Below, in pieces: positions 36,101 through 48,100 of a stretch of 64,000 nt of DNA (positions within the stretch are counted from its first letter, which is position 1; every line of letters starts with the position of its first letter). The DNA comes from Veleropilina oligotropha. Taxonomy: Eukaryota. A program made the position numbers and the translations under genes. The stretch covers positions 372,001-436,000 of the forward strand of contig JBEUKZ010000107.1 in the NCBI GenBank assembly GCA_048128005.1, in the 5' to 3' direction. The notes under the pieces were generated by a model. It saw only the letters and a program-made list of their open reading frames with translations, did no database searches and was not told the origin of the DNA.

Positions 36101-39100
36101 TCACTCTGGATATCTTTAGACTGCAGTATGGATCACTCTGGGTATCTTTAGACTGCAGTATGGATCTCGCTGGTTATCTTTAGACTGCAGTATGGATCAC
36201 TCTGGGTATCTTTAGACTGCAGTATGGATCACTCTGGGTATCTTTAGACTGCAGTATGGATCACTCTGGGTATCTTTAGACTGCAGTATGGATCACTCTG
36301 GGTATCTTTAGACTGCAGTATGGATCACTCTGGGTATCTTTAGACTGCAGTATGGATCACTCTGGGTATCTTTAGACTGCAGTATGGATCACTCTGGGTA
36401 TCTTTAGACTGCAGTATGGATCACTCTGGGTATCTTTAGACTGCAGTATGGATCACTCTGGGTATCTTTAGACTGCAGTATGGATCACTCTGGGTATCTT
36501 TAGACTGCAGTATGGATCACTCTGGATATCTTTAGACTGCAGTATGGATCACTCTGGATATCTTTAGACTGCAGTATGGATCACTCTGGGTATCTTTAGA
36601 CTGCAGTATGGATCTCGCTGGTTATCTTTAGACTGCAGTATGGATCACTCTGGGTATCTTTAGACTGCAGTATGGATCACTCTGGGTATCTTTAGACTGC
36701 AGTATGGATCACTCTGGGTATCTTTAGACTGCAGTATGGATCACTCTGGGTATCTTTAGACTGCAGTATGGATCACTCTGGGTATCTTTAGACTGCAGTA
36801 TGGATCACTCTGGGTATCTTTAGACTGCAGTATGGATCACTCTGGTTATCTTTCAACGAATGTTTAATGTATATGCGCAATGTAATCACCCTTGGAGTGC
36901 GGCTCTAATATGCTACATGGCAGTTACGTAATAGCATCCATTATTAGAAAAACCCAGCACAGGAAGGGTATATCTGAAACATATAACTCATCTGTAAATA
37001 GTAACTTTGAAGTAGGGAATCTATAGCCTTGAAAATACGAGGTTACACTAATATTTAATATTAATTTAATACTACGTTTTATTTTCATTCCAGCGGGAGC
37101 TGTGAAGCTAAACAAACAGGCTTCTGACATCGCAGTCAACTGGGCGGGCGGTCTGCATCACGCAAAGAAGTCAGAGGCATCAGGCTTTTGCTATTGCAAC
37201 GATATCGTACTGGGCATTCTGGAGCTGCTCAAGTTAGTTGAATGCCGATCAACTGTTATATAACATTCTTTTGTCTCTGTTTCACTGGGACACTTCTGCA
37301 GAGATTTCTTGAGTGCGCTCTTCAATCAGCATTCAAATTTGTTTCAAATTTTATATGCGTAGTAGTTATGAATAGGTCACAACCTTGAACAATTTTGGTA
37401 ATATTTTCATTCAAAATGGTAGTTGTGAGACGAGATACTCTACTCGAGAAGAGGGATCGATGATTTGCATTCTATTATACCAATATAACTACTTGAACTT
37501 GTTTCATATTTTGGTATTAATAATAATAATGTTATTTCGTTTTGCACTGCCTGTTCAAGTCTTTGAAGATAATGAGCAAAAATATTTATTTTGGAATAAT
37601 GTTGAAAAAGTTGATTTACCCGTAAAGTTAATTTTTAATTCCTCTCTGATAAATTATAATAATTATAATTTTGAATCAAGAATATATTGATTCAACATTG
37701 ATTACTTTTACTAGATTCCTGTTTTATAATTAATTAGGTACCACCAGAGGGTGCTGTATGTTGACATCGATATTCACCATGGTGACGGTGTTGAGGAGGC
37801 TTTCTACACAACAGACCGGGTAATGACGGTGTCATTTCACAAATACGGAGAATATTTTCCAGGAACAGGGGACCTCAGGGTAGGTTCATTTGGATTAAAA
37901 ATCACAAGATATTTTTATTGTATATTATATTAAATAACTATACCAGAGAATATTTGCCGTAAAATGATATTCTTCATGTGATTGCTTGATGTTTAATCAA
38001 GACAATTATATTATGAAAAGTCAATATTATATATATATTAATAACGTAAGCCGTTTTTTGTGATTTTCTGTATCTCCTCCGAAACCGCTGTACGGATAGC
38101 CGTGATATTTGACATAGCTATGCTTTTGGATGATATGATATGAAGTTTAGTTATCAACAAAAAGCCTTTTAATTGCACTTTTACCCCGATTTTAGCTCTC
38201 TTCGCCGGCCGCCAGCCGGAAATGATGACAAGATGCCACCTAGCATGAATTATATACTGCACTCTCCCATATGTACAAAATTACTAAAAATAACAACGAA
38301 TCACCACAGCCCAAGGTTTCCATTTGGATAATGCTTAGAGTTCAATGCGATAGTGTTTCTTAGTTTCGAACTGAGTTATCACACTGCAATATGACTGAAA
38401 AATGGTTCAACTTGGATCGCAGCGAACCATTCATCTTATAAATTACATTAATTAATTGTGGATGTAACATTGTTTACCACTTTTGTAGTCCCATGATGGT
38501 TTAAAGGAACAAACTGTGGGATAAGTTCATAACTATAATTGTCGAGAGAGTATTTATTATCTATCACAATAAAAAAATAGACCATCCGGTATCTAAGTCG
38601 AATACTTTGTGACTCTGAATTCTCTTGCCTGACTGTTCTAGATGTTTCAATCCTCGGCCATGTACCTTCCTGCCACGATAATTGGACGTATCCTGCCACG
38701 ATATAATTGGATGTATCCGGCCACGATATTGGAAGTATCCGGCCACGATATTGGAAGTATCCTGCCACGATATAATTGGATGTATCCGGCCACGATATAA
38801 TTGGATGTATCCGGCCACGATATTGGAAGTATCCGGCCACGATATTGGAAGTATCCTGCCACGATATAATTGGATGTATCCGGCCACGATATAATTGGAT
38901 GTATCCGGCCACGATATTGGAAATATCCGGCCACGATATTGGAAGTATCCTGCCACGATATAATTGGATGTATCCGGCCACGATATTGGAAGTATCCGGC
39001 CACGATATTGGAAGTATCCTGCCACGATATAATTGGATGTATCCGGCCACGATATTGGATGTATCCGGCCACGATATTGGAAGTATCCTGCCACGATATA

Positions 39101-42100
39101 ATTGGATGTATCCGGCCACGATATTGGAAGTATCCGGCCACGATATTGGAAGTATCCTGCCACGATATAATTGGATGTATCCGGCCACGATATTGGAAGT
39201 ATCCGGCCACGATATAATTGGATGTATCCGGCCACGATATTGGAAGTATCCGGCCACGATATTGGACGTATCCTGCCACGATATAATTGGATGTATCCGG
39301 CCACGATATTGGAAGTATCCGGCCACGATATAATTGGATGTATCCGGCCACGATATTGGAAGTATCCGGCCACGATATTGGAAGTATCCGGCCACGATAT
39401 TGGAAGTATCCGGCCACGATATTGGAAGTATCCGGCCACGATATTGGAAGTATCCTGCCACGATATTGGACGTATCCGGCCACGATATAATTGGATGTAT
39501 CCGGCCACGATATTGGACGTATCCGGCCACGATATTGGACGTATCCTGCCACGATATTGGACGTATCCTGCCACGATATTGGACGTATCCTGCCACGATA
39601 TTGGACGTATCCTGCCACGATATTGGACGTATCCGGCCACGATATTGGACGTATCCTGCCACGATATTGGAAGTATCCGGCCACGATATTGGACGTATCC
39701 TGCCACGATATTGGACGTATCCTGCCACGATATTGGACGTATCCGGCCACGATATTGGACGTATCCTGCCACGATATTGGACGTATCCTGCCACGATATT
39801 GGACGTATCCGGCCACGATATTGGACGTATCCGGCCACGATATTGGACGTATCCGGCCACGATATTGGACGTATCCGGCCACGATATTGGACGTATCCTG
39901 CTGACCCTGAAAGATGTTAAAAGGAGACACTAAGCATTGACCCCAATTCAATCAAAGTATAATGCAACAAATTTATGGAGATAAAATATATTACCTACGA
40001 AATTAACATATTAAATCTCTGATCTCTTGTAGGATATTGGTGCAGGAAAGGGAAAGTATTATGCAGTGAACTTCCCACTCCGAGACGGTATCGATGATGA
40101 ATCGTACGAAACCATATTCAGACCAGTAAGTGTGAGAATGTTTCAATGCATTATTAGTGCATTCATTTTAGGATGCCTAATAAGGGCTATTCCATTTAAA
40201 TTCATATCCCCCCAAGGGTTGCAGCTCAATTGTTAATTCCAGGGTGGTTGGTATCAGGAATTTGCGAAATTCCAGGGTGGTTGCCTGGAATTTGCAAAAT
40301 TCCAGGGGGGTTGGTATCGGGAATTTGCGAAATTTCAGTGTGGTTGGGTGTTGAATTTTCGCTGCTATATTATATAGTATATATAGTATATATGAAGGGT
40401 GGCTGGTAACTTGAAACTTTTATTATTTTAGAAGGGTGGGTGGTCAGAAACTTGTATGATGCATAGGTTGTCGGTTGGTAGTCATGTATGATGTCGATGC
40501 TGTGTCGTATCCATTTCACAATGTTATAAACTATTTAATTGTATCCCCGAAATTTAACATTTCGGGGATAGTATGGTTTAGTCATCGTTCAGTCGCGTCT
40601 GCCGCCGCAGAGATTTCTTGTGTGCGCTCTACAGTGAAAGGTTCTAATCCGATTTGATTAAAATTTGGTATGCACGTCAGTTATGATGAGGACACGCCAC
40701 CTAAAGATTTACGTCGTTTTCGGATCCAAGATGGCCGCCATGGCGGCCATTTTGTTTGGAGAAATTTCTTGTGTGTGCTCTGCAGTGAAAAGTTATTATC
40801 CGATTTGATTCATATTTCGTATACGCATTCGTTATGATGAGTACATGCCGCCTAAAGATTTTCGTCGTTTTCGGATCCAAGATGGCCGCCGTGGTTGCCA
40901 TTTTATTTGATGACAAGGTTCGCACGCGCTTGAAAAGGCCCTAAATTTGGGGTGGTTGCTTGAAAAGGCCCTAAATTGACTACAAGGCCCTGAAAGGCCC
41001 TAAAAATGCAGAAGTTCGCCCTAAAAATTCATATTTTGGCCCTAAATTTAATGAAACGATGTTTTCAATGAAAGTAATTTACAACATCCTGGTTATGGCG
41101 ACTCCGAATACGCGTACGCTAGGCCAAATCAGATACCTGGAACCAATAAATTATATATTTGTGCGACACATTACCGTTTTACAATGGATGCTTGTCTTAT
41201 TTACAGTTTTTTGACAAAATTTAGTTACATTTAATAACTCCGTGATTGTTTGAGAACCATTGTTTCATCGACTTCGGCTAACAACTTCTTCTATGCAAAT
41301 CTAAATATAGTCCAACTTTAAATATGTCCCAGCGGCGTGCAATGTTCGATAACTCGATGCTAACGATTTTCTCCGATGATATGTCGGCTAAATTCGCGTT
41401 TTCCGATTAAAACCAAGTATTAAAAGAAAAATCGAACGCCACAAGAATGTCGACATGCGCAGAGGCTATTTCCTTTCTTGTATCGACATGCGCGCATCGC
41501 TGACTTGCGTCGCATGTGCGATGTCATGGAAACGCTGGGTCATTTAACTTTATATAGCATGGCGTTGCTTATTTCTATAAAGATAACAGACGGTGCAGCT
41601 GTTATTAAACCATGGACAATAATTTGTGGCTTTGATAAGCAATGCACTCTGAGCGAATTATACTACGCAATAGTGTCGAAGTCGCTTCCCGGAGATTTAG
41701 ACTGGTCGGGTTTACCGGACAAATACGACAATGCAGCAATGACAATTCAGGTCGGAAAGTCAAAGAACGACCAATTCGACGATATATTTTCGTCGGCTAT
41801 CGTTTCTGACGCTGTGGAATCATTTGGTAGATACTTTGTGTTCAAGATTAATACAGCCATTGAGGAAATAATATATTACATATTTATTGAAAGTATAAAA
41901 ATATATTAAAGTTTTAAATTTAAAAAAAAAAAGGCTCCCTCATCACTTTTTACAGAAATAAACAAGAAAAAAAAAAAGCCTCCCTCCCTCATCAGTTTTT
42001 GAAAAAAAGTGCCTGAGAATCTAAAAATTAATTTTATGCAGCCTTAGTGTTGTTAGTTATTATTTGATTTCATTATAGCAGTTAAGACTGGCCCTAAATT

Positions 42101-45100
42101 TTGCCGAATATGGCCCTAAAAGGCCCTAAAAAGGCCCTAAATTTGACCTTTTCAAGTCTGTATGAACCATGGATGAGATTTCTTGTGCTCGCTCTACAGT
42201 GAAAAGTTATTATCCGATTTGATTCATATTTGGTATGCACTTTAGTCGTGATGAGGACATGCCGCCTAAATATTTTCGTCATTTTCGGATCCAAGATGAG
42301 TGCCAAGGCGGCCATTTTGATTGAGTAGATTTCCTGTGCGTGCTCTACAGTGAAAAATTATTATCCGATTTGATTCAAATTTGGTATGCATGTTAGTTAT
42401 GATGAGGAAATGCCACGTAGCGATTTTCGTCATTTTCGGAATCAAGATCGCCGCCATGGCGGCCATTTTATTTGAAGAGATTTTTTGTGCAATGAAAAGT
42501 TATTTTCCTATTTGATATGCACGTTAGTTAAGATGAGGACACTCCACCTAACGATTTCCTTTTTTTTCGGATCCAAGATGGCCGTCGTGGCGGCCACTTT
42601 ATTCGAAGATATTTCTACAGTGAATAGTTCTAATCCGATTTGAATCCAATTTGGTATACATGTTTGGCATGATGTGGACACGTTGCCCATTGATTTCTGC
42701 TACCGTGGGAGAGGATACATACCCTCGACTTGCTGGGTCGAGGATTCGCTAGTTATTGTTACTTGTTTAAATACGACATAATAAACTATTTAACTACTGT
42801 TACTTGCCTTTATGCTTTGAATAAACCTTATTTCACCACTTGTTTGTTCAACTTTATGCCATTACAAGTCCACCTAAACCCTGTCAAACTCCCGTCAGCC
42901 ATGCTTGTTCGTCAGGCAGTTCTGGGATGAGTTCAATGAAAGCGAACGTTACCTATAAGGCTATAACGCTTTCTGATATAATGAACGCCAGTTGACACTT
43001 TATTTGCTGCATATACTAATAGCTACATAGCCATAGGAAACATTAAATCTGGAGTCTAGGCTGAAATATTGCTAAAAGCGGTCGTACAATATTTCACCAA
43101 TTAATCAATGTTTGGAAGGTTTACTAGCCTAGGCTTGCATCTAATCTGATAATTATAAGGCTATTAAGCATTACTTCTTTCACGTCACCCATATTAAGTT
43201 AATTATATGACAAATAATTTGCGTAACCAAATGGGTTACGCCAGTAAAATTGACGTAACCCAATTTTGGGTTACGTACATTTTTCAATTATCGTGGCCTG
43301 GATTATGAATGTCAAGGATACAATCACTGAATATGTAACATTTCTGATATCTGGTGAACGGTCATCATGTAAACTGCTAATTAGGCATGAACTGTTAAGC
43401 GGATTTGATCGAGTCATGTTATACAAAATGTCCTCCCTTGATTTTTAGGTTCTAAGGATTAGATGTGTTTAACCCTCTGGTAACATTCTTGTTCTGTTGC
43501 AGGTGATGACCAAGGTGTTGGAGATGTACCAGCCGAGCGCCGTCGTGTTGCAGTGTGGAGCGGACTCCCTATCCGGGGACCGGTTGGGCTGCTTCAACCT
43601 CACCCTCAAAGGCAAGATAGCCGTGTAGAAGATGACGACTTCCGTGTGCTGGCTGCACTATTAGCCTCGCGTGACTGCTCTGTTTAACAGGAGTGGGTGT
43701 CAATCATTGGCTGGGCACTCTTTGTTGAGTTAACGGTCCCGGTTGTCCATGACTGGCTGGTGAGGCTGAGCACTCTTTGTTGAGTTAATAGTCCCGGTTG
43801 TCTATCACTGGCTGGTGAGGCTGAGCACTCTTTGTTGAGTTAATAGTCCCAGTTGTCTATGACTGGCTGGTGAGGCTGAGCACTCTTTGTTGAGTTAATA
43901 GTCCCGGTTGTCTATGACTGGCTGGTGAGGCTGAGCACTCTTTGTTGAGTTAATGGTCCCGGTTGTCTATCACTGGCTGGTGAGGCTGAGCACTCTTTGT
44001 TGAGTTAATGGACCCGGTTGTCTATCACTGGCTGGTGAGGCTGAGCACTCGTTGTTGAGTTAATAGTCCCAGTTGTCTATGACTGGCTGGTGAGGCTGAG
44101 CACTCTTTGTTGAGTTAATAGTCCCGGTTGTCTATGACTGGCTGGGGAGGCTGAGCACTCTTTGTTAACGGTCCCGGTTGTCTATCACTGGCTGGTGAGG
44201 CTGAGCACTCGTTGTTGAGTTAATAGTCCCAGTTGTCTATGACTGGCTGGTGAGGCTGAGCACTCTTTGTTGAGTTAATAGTCCCAGTTGTCTATGACTG
44301 GCTGGGGAGGCTGAGCACTCTTTGTTGAGTTAATAGTCCCGGTTGTCTATGACTGGCTGGTGAGGCTGAGCACTCTTTGTTGAGTTAATGGTCCCGGTTG
44401 TCTATCACTGGCTGGTGAGGCTGAGCACTCTTTGTTGAGTTAATAGTCCCGGTTGTCTATGACTGGCTGGTGAGGCTGAGCACTCTCTGTTGAGTTAATA
44501 GTCCCGGTTGTCTATGACTGGCTGGTGAGGCTGAGCACTCTTTGTTGAGTTAATAGTCCCGGTTGTCTATGACTGGCTGGTGAGGCTGAGCACTCTTTGT
44601 TGAGTTAATAGTCCCAGTTGTCTATGACTGGCTGGTGAGGCTGAGCACTCTTTGTTGAGTTAATAGTCCCAGTTGTCTATGACTGGCTGGGGAGGCTGAG
44701 CACTCTTTGTTGAGTTAATAGTCCCGGTTGTCTATGACTGGCTGGTGAGGCTGAGCACTCTTTGTTGAGTTAATGGTCCCGGTTGTCTATCACTGGCTGG
44801 TGAGGCTGAGCACTCTCTGTTGAGTTAATAGTCCCGGTTGTCTATGACTGGCTGGTGAGGCTGAGCACTCTCTGTTGAGTTAATAGTCCCGGTTGTCTAT
44901 GACTGGCTGGTGAGGCTGAGCACTCTTTGTTGAGTTAATGGTCCCGGTTGTCTATCACTGGCTGGTGAGGCTGAGCACTCTTTGTTGAGTTAATAGTCCC
45001 GGTTGTCTATGACTGGCTGGTGAGGCTGAGCACTCTTTGTTGAGTTAATAGTCCCAGTTGTCTATGACTGGCTGGGGAGGCTGAGCACTCTTTGTTGAGT

Positions 45101-48100
45101 TAATAGTCCCGGTTGTCTATGACTGGCTGGTGAGGCTGAGCACTCTTTGTTGAGTTAATAGCCCCGGTTGTCTATGACTGGCTGGTGAGGCTGAGCACTC
45201 TTTGTTGAGTTAATAGTCCCAGTTGTCTATGACTGGCTGGTGAGGCTGAGCACTCTTTGTTGAGTTAATAGCCCCGGTTGTCTATGACTGGCTGGTGAGG
45301 CTGAGCACTCTTTGTTGAGTTAATAGTCCCGGTTGTCTATGACTGGCTGGTGAGGCTGAGCACTCTTTGTTGAGTTAATAGTCCCAGTTGTCTATGACTG
45401 GCTGGGGAGGCTGAGCACTCTTTGTTGAGTTAATAGTCCCGGTTGTCTATGACTGGCTGGGGAGGCTGAGCACTCTTTGTTGAGTTAATAGTCCCAGTTG
45501 TCTATGACTGGCTGGTGAGGCTGAGCACTCTTTGTTGAGTTAATAGTCCCAGTTGTCTATGACTGGCTGGTGAGGCTGAGCACTCTTTGTTGAGTTAATA
45601 GTCCCAGTTGTCTATGACTGGCTGGTGAGGCTGAGCACTCTTTGTTGAGTTAATGGTCCCGGTTGTCTATCACTGGCTGGTGAGGCTGAGCACTCTTTGT
45701 TGAGTTAACGGTCCCGGTTGTCTATGACTGGCTGGTGAGGCTGAGCACTCTTTGTTGAGTTAATAGTCCCGGTTGTCTATGACTGGCTGGTGAGGCTGAG
45801 CACTCTTTGTTGAGTTAACCCTTAACCGACGATACCCGACTTTCCCGACTTTCTACAACACCTATATCTCAATGCTTAAAACTTCGTAAATATTCGGAAA
45901 TCTTCGGACATTTTCGGGTCATTTCGTTCGTGAATGATCGGGCTACATCCTGGTGCTTTTTAAATCCACAATGGCGGCAGGTTAGGTATAGTTAATCGAT
46001 GTTTGAAATAAAGTTTGAAGGCTTGAAAGTGGCCATTTTTCGTTGGATTTTTTGCTTTTGATAAACGACATGTGTTTTTACATTTAGTTTGAATTATTTG
46101 TAATGGAATATGATTAACTTGTGGCCTAAAAGGCGGATTTTGAACTCTGAAGTGACAATTGATATTTGCGGTTTTGACATTTCTGAATCTGACACTTTTG
46201 AGGATGATATCGAGAATTGAAATGGAGATTATGAATGGTATGATCTATCGGTGGACTATTCTTGTACTTGGTTTTATTTAATTATTAACAATAATAAATC
46301 ATATAGGCCTAATGGTTAAATATAGCTGTTAATGGTATACATTTTATATTTGATATAATGTACGTTTGTAGCAAGAAGGCCTATTTCACATTGCTGTGTT
46401 GAGTTTCTTCATACACCTGCGGGATATTTTTTTCAAAATCAGACATGAAGACATCATATTGACATAAGATATTCTTTATTATTATACACCAATTTATATT
46501 ACAAACACAAATAATACATCAACATGCATCTAAAAAATATAACATACATATGTAAAGCATTTGTTGATCAAATATTTTCTGAATTGACATGTATAGTGAA
46601 TATTCCCAAAATACCTGAGAATAAAAGGTAAAAGTGATCAATTATGCAAATTTTTTACTCTACAAACAAATTTCAAAGCACTATTATATAGCCTATTCAA
46701 TTATCTTTCAGAAAATATATAAGTATATGTGCTTGCAAGCAATATTTTATATGGTATAGTACATTATCCATGACAAGCTATATATCTCACATTCCGTAAA
46801 ATTTGGCTGGCGGTTAAGGGTTAATGGTCCCGGTTGTCTATGACTGGCTGGTGAGGCTGAGCACTCTTTGTTGAGTTAATAGTCCCGGTTGTCTATGACT
46901 GGCTGGTGAGGCTGAGCACTCTTTGTTGAGTTAATAGTCCCGGTTGTCTATGACTGGCTGGTGAGGCTGAGCACTCTTTGTTGAGTTAATAGCCCCGGTT
47001 GTCTATGACTGGCTGGTGAGGCTGAGCACTCTTTGTTGAGTTAATAGTCCCAGTTGTCTATGACTGGCTGGTGAGGCTGAGCACTCTTTGTTGAGTTAAT
47101 AGCCCCGGTTGTCTATGACTGGCTGGTGAGGCTGAGCACTCTTGTTGAGTTAATAGTCCCGGTTGTCTATGACTGGCTGGTGAGGCTGAGCACTCTTTGT
47201 TGAGTTAATAGTCCCGGTTGTCTATGACTGGCTGGGGAGGCTGAGCACTCTTTGTTGACTTAATAGTCCCGGTTGTCTATGACTGGCTGGTGAGGCTGAG
47301 CACTCTTTGTTGAGTTAATAGTCCCGGTTGTCTATGACTGGCTGGTGAGGCTGAGCACTCTTTGTTGAGTTAATAGTCCCAGTTGTCTATGACTGGCTGG
47401 TGAGGCTGAGCACTCTGTTGAGTTAATAGTCCCGGTTGTCTATGACTGGCTGGTGAGGCTGAGCACTCTTTGTTGAGTTAATAGTCCCGGTTGTCTATGA
47501 CTGGCTGATGAGGCTGAGCACTCTTTGTTGAGTTAATGGTCCCGGTTGTCTATCACTGGCTGGTGAGGCTGAGCACTCTTTGTTGAGTTAATAGTCCCAG
47601 TTGTCTATGACTGGCTGGTGAGGCTGAGCACTCTTTGTTGAGTTAATGGTCCCGGTTGTCTATCACTGGCTGGTGAGGCTGAGCACTCTTTGTTGAGTTA
47701 ATAGTCCCGGTTGTCTATGACTGGCTGGTGAGGCTGAGCACTCTTTGTTGAGTTAATAGTCCCGGTTGTCTATGACTGGCTGGTGAGGCTGAGCACTCTT
47801 GGTTGAGTTAATAGTCCCAGTTGTCTATGACTGGCTGGTGAGGCTGAGCACTCTTTGTTGAGTTAATGGTCCCGGTTGTCTATCACTGGCTGGTGAGGCT
47901 AAGCACTCTTTGTTGAGTTAACGGTCCCGGTTGTCTATGACTGGCTGGTGAGGCTGAGCACTCTTTGTTGAGTTAATAGTCCCGGTTGTCTATGACTGGC
48001 TGGTGAGGCTGAGCACTCTTTGTTGAGTTAATAGTCCCGGTTGTCTATGACTGGCTGGTGAGGCTGAGCACTCTGTTGAGTTAATAGTCCCGGTTGTCTA

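Noticed and set aside
30130..36853. CRISPR-sized 32-bp repeat
   Set aside because: Units are head-to-tail with no spacers, in a eukaryotic intron.
38448..39951. 424-470 aa ORFs in all three minus frames
   Set aside because: These are translations of a stop-free 22/25-bp minisatellite inside an intron, with the same peptide cycling through frames.
43221..43300. Two small palindromes, GCGTAACC..GGTTACGC and ACGTAACCCAA..TTGGGTTACGT
   Set aside because: Probably the subterminal region of a truncated DNA transposon; no partner end was found.
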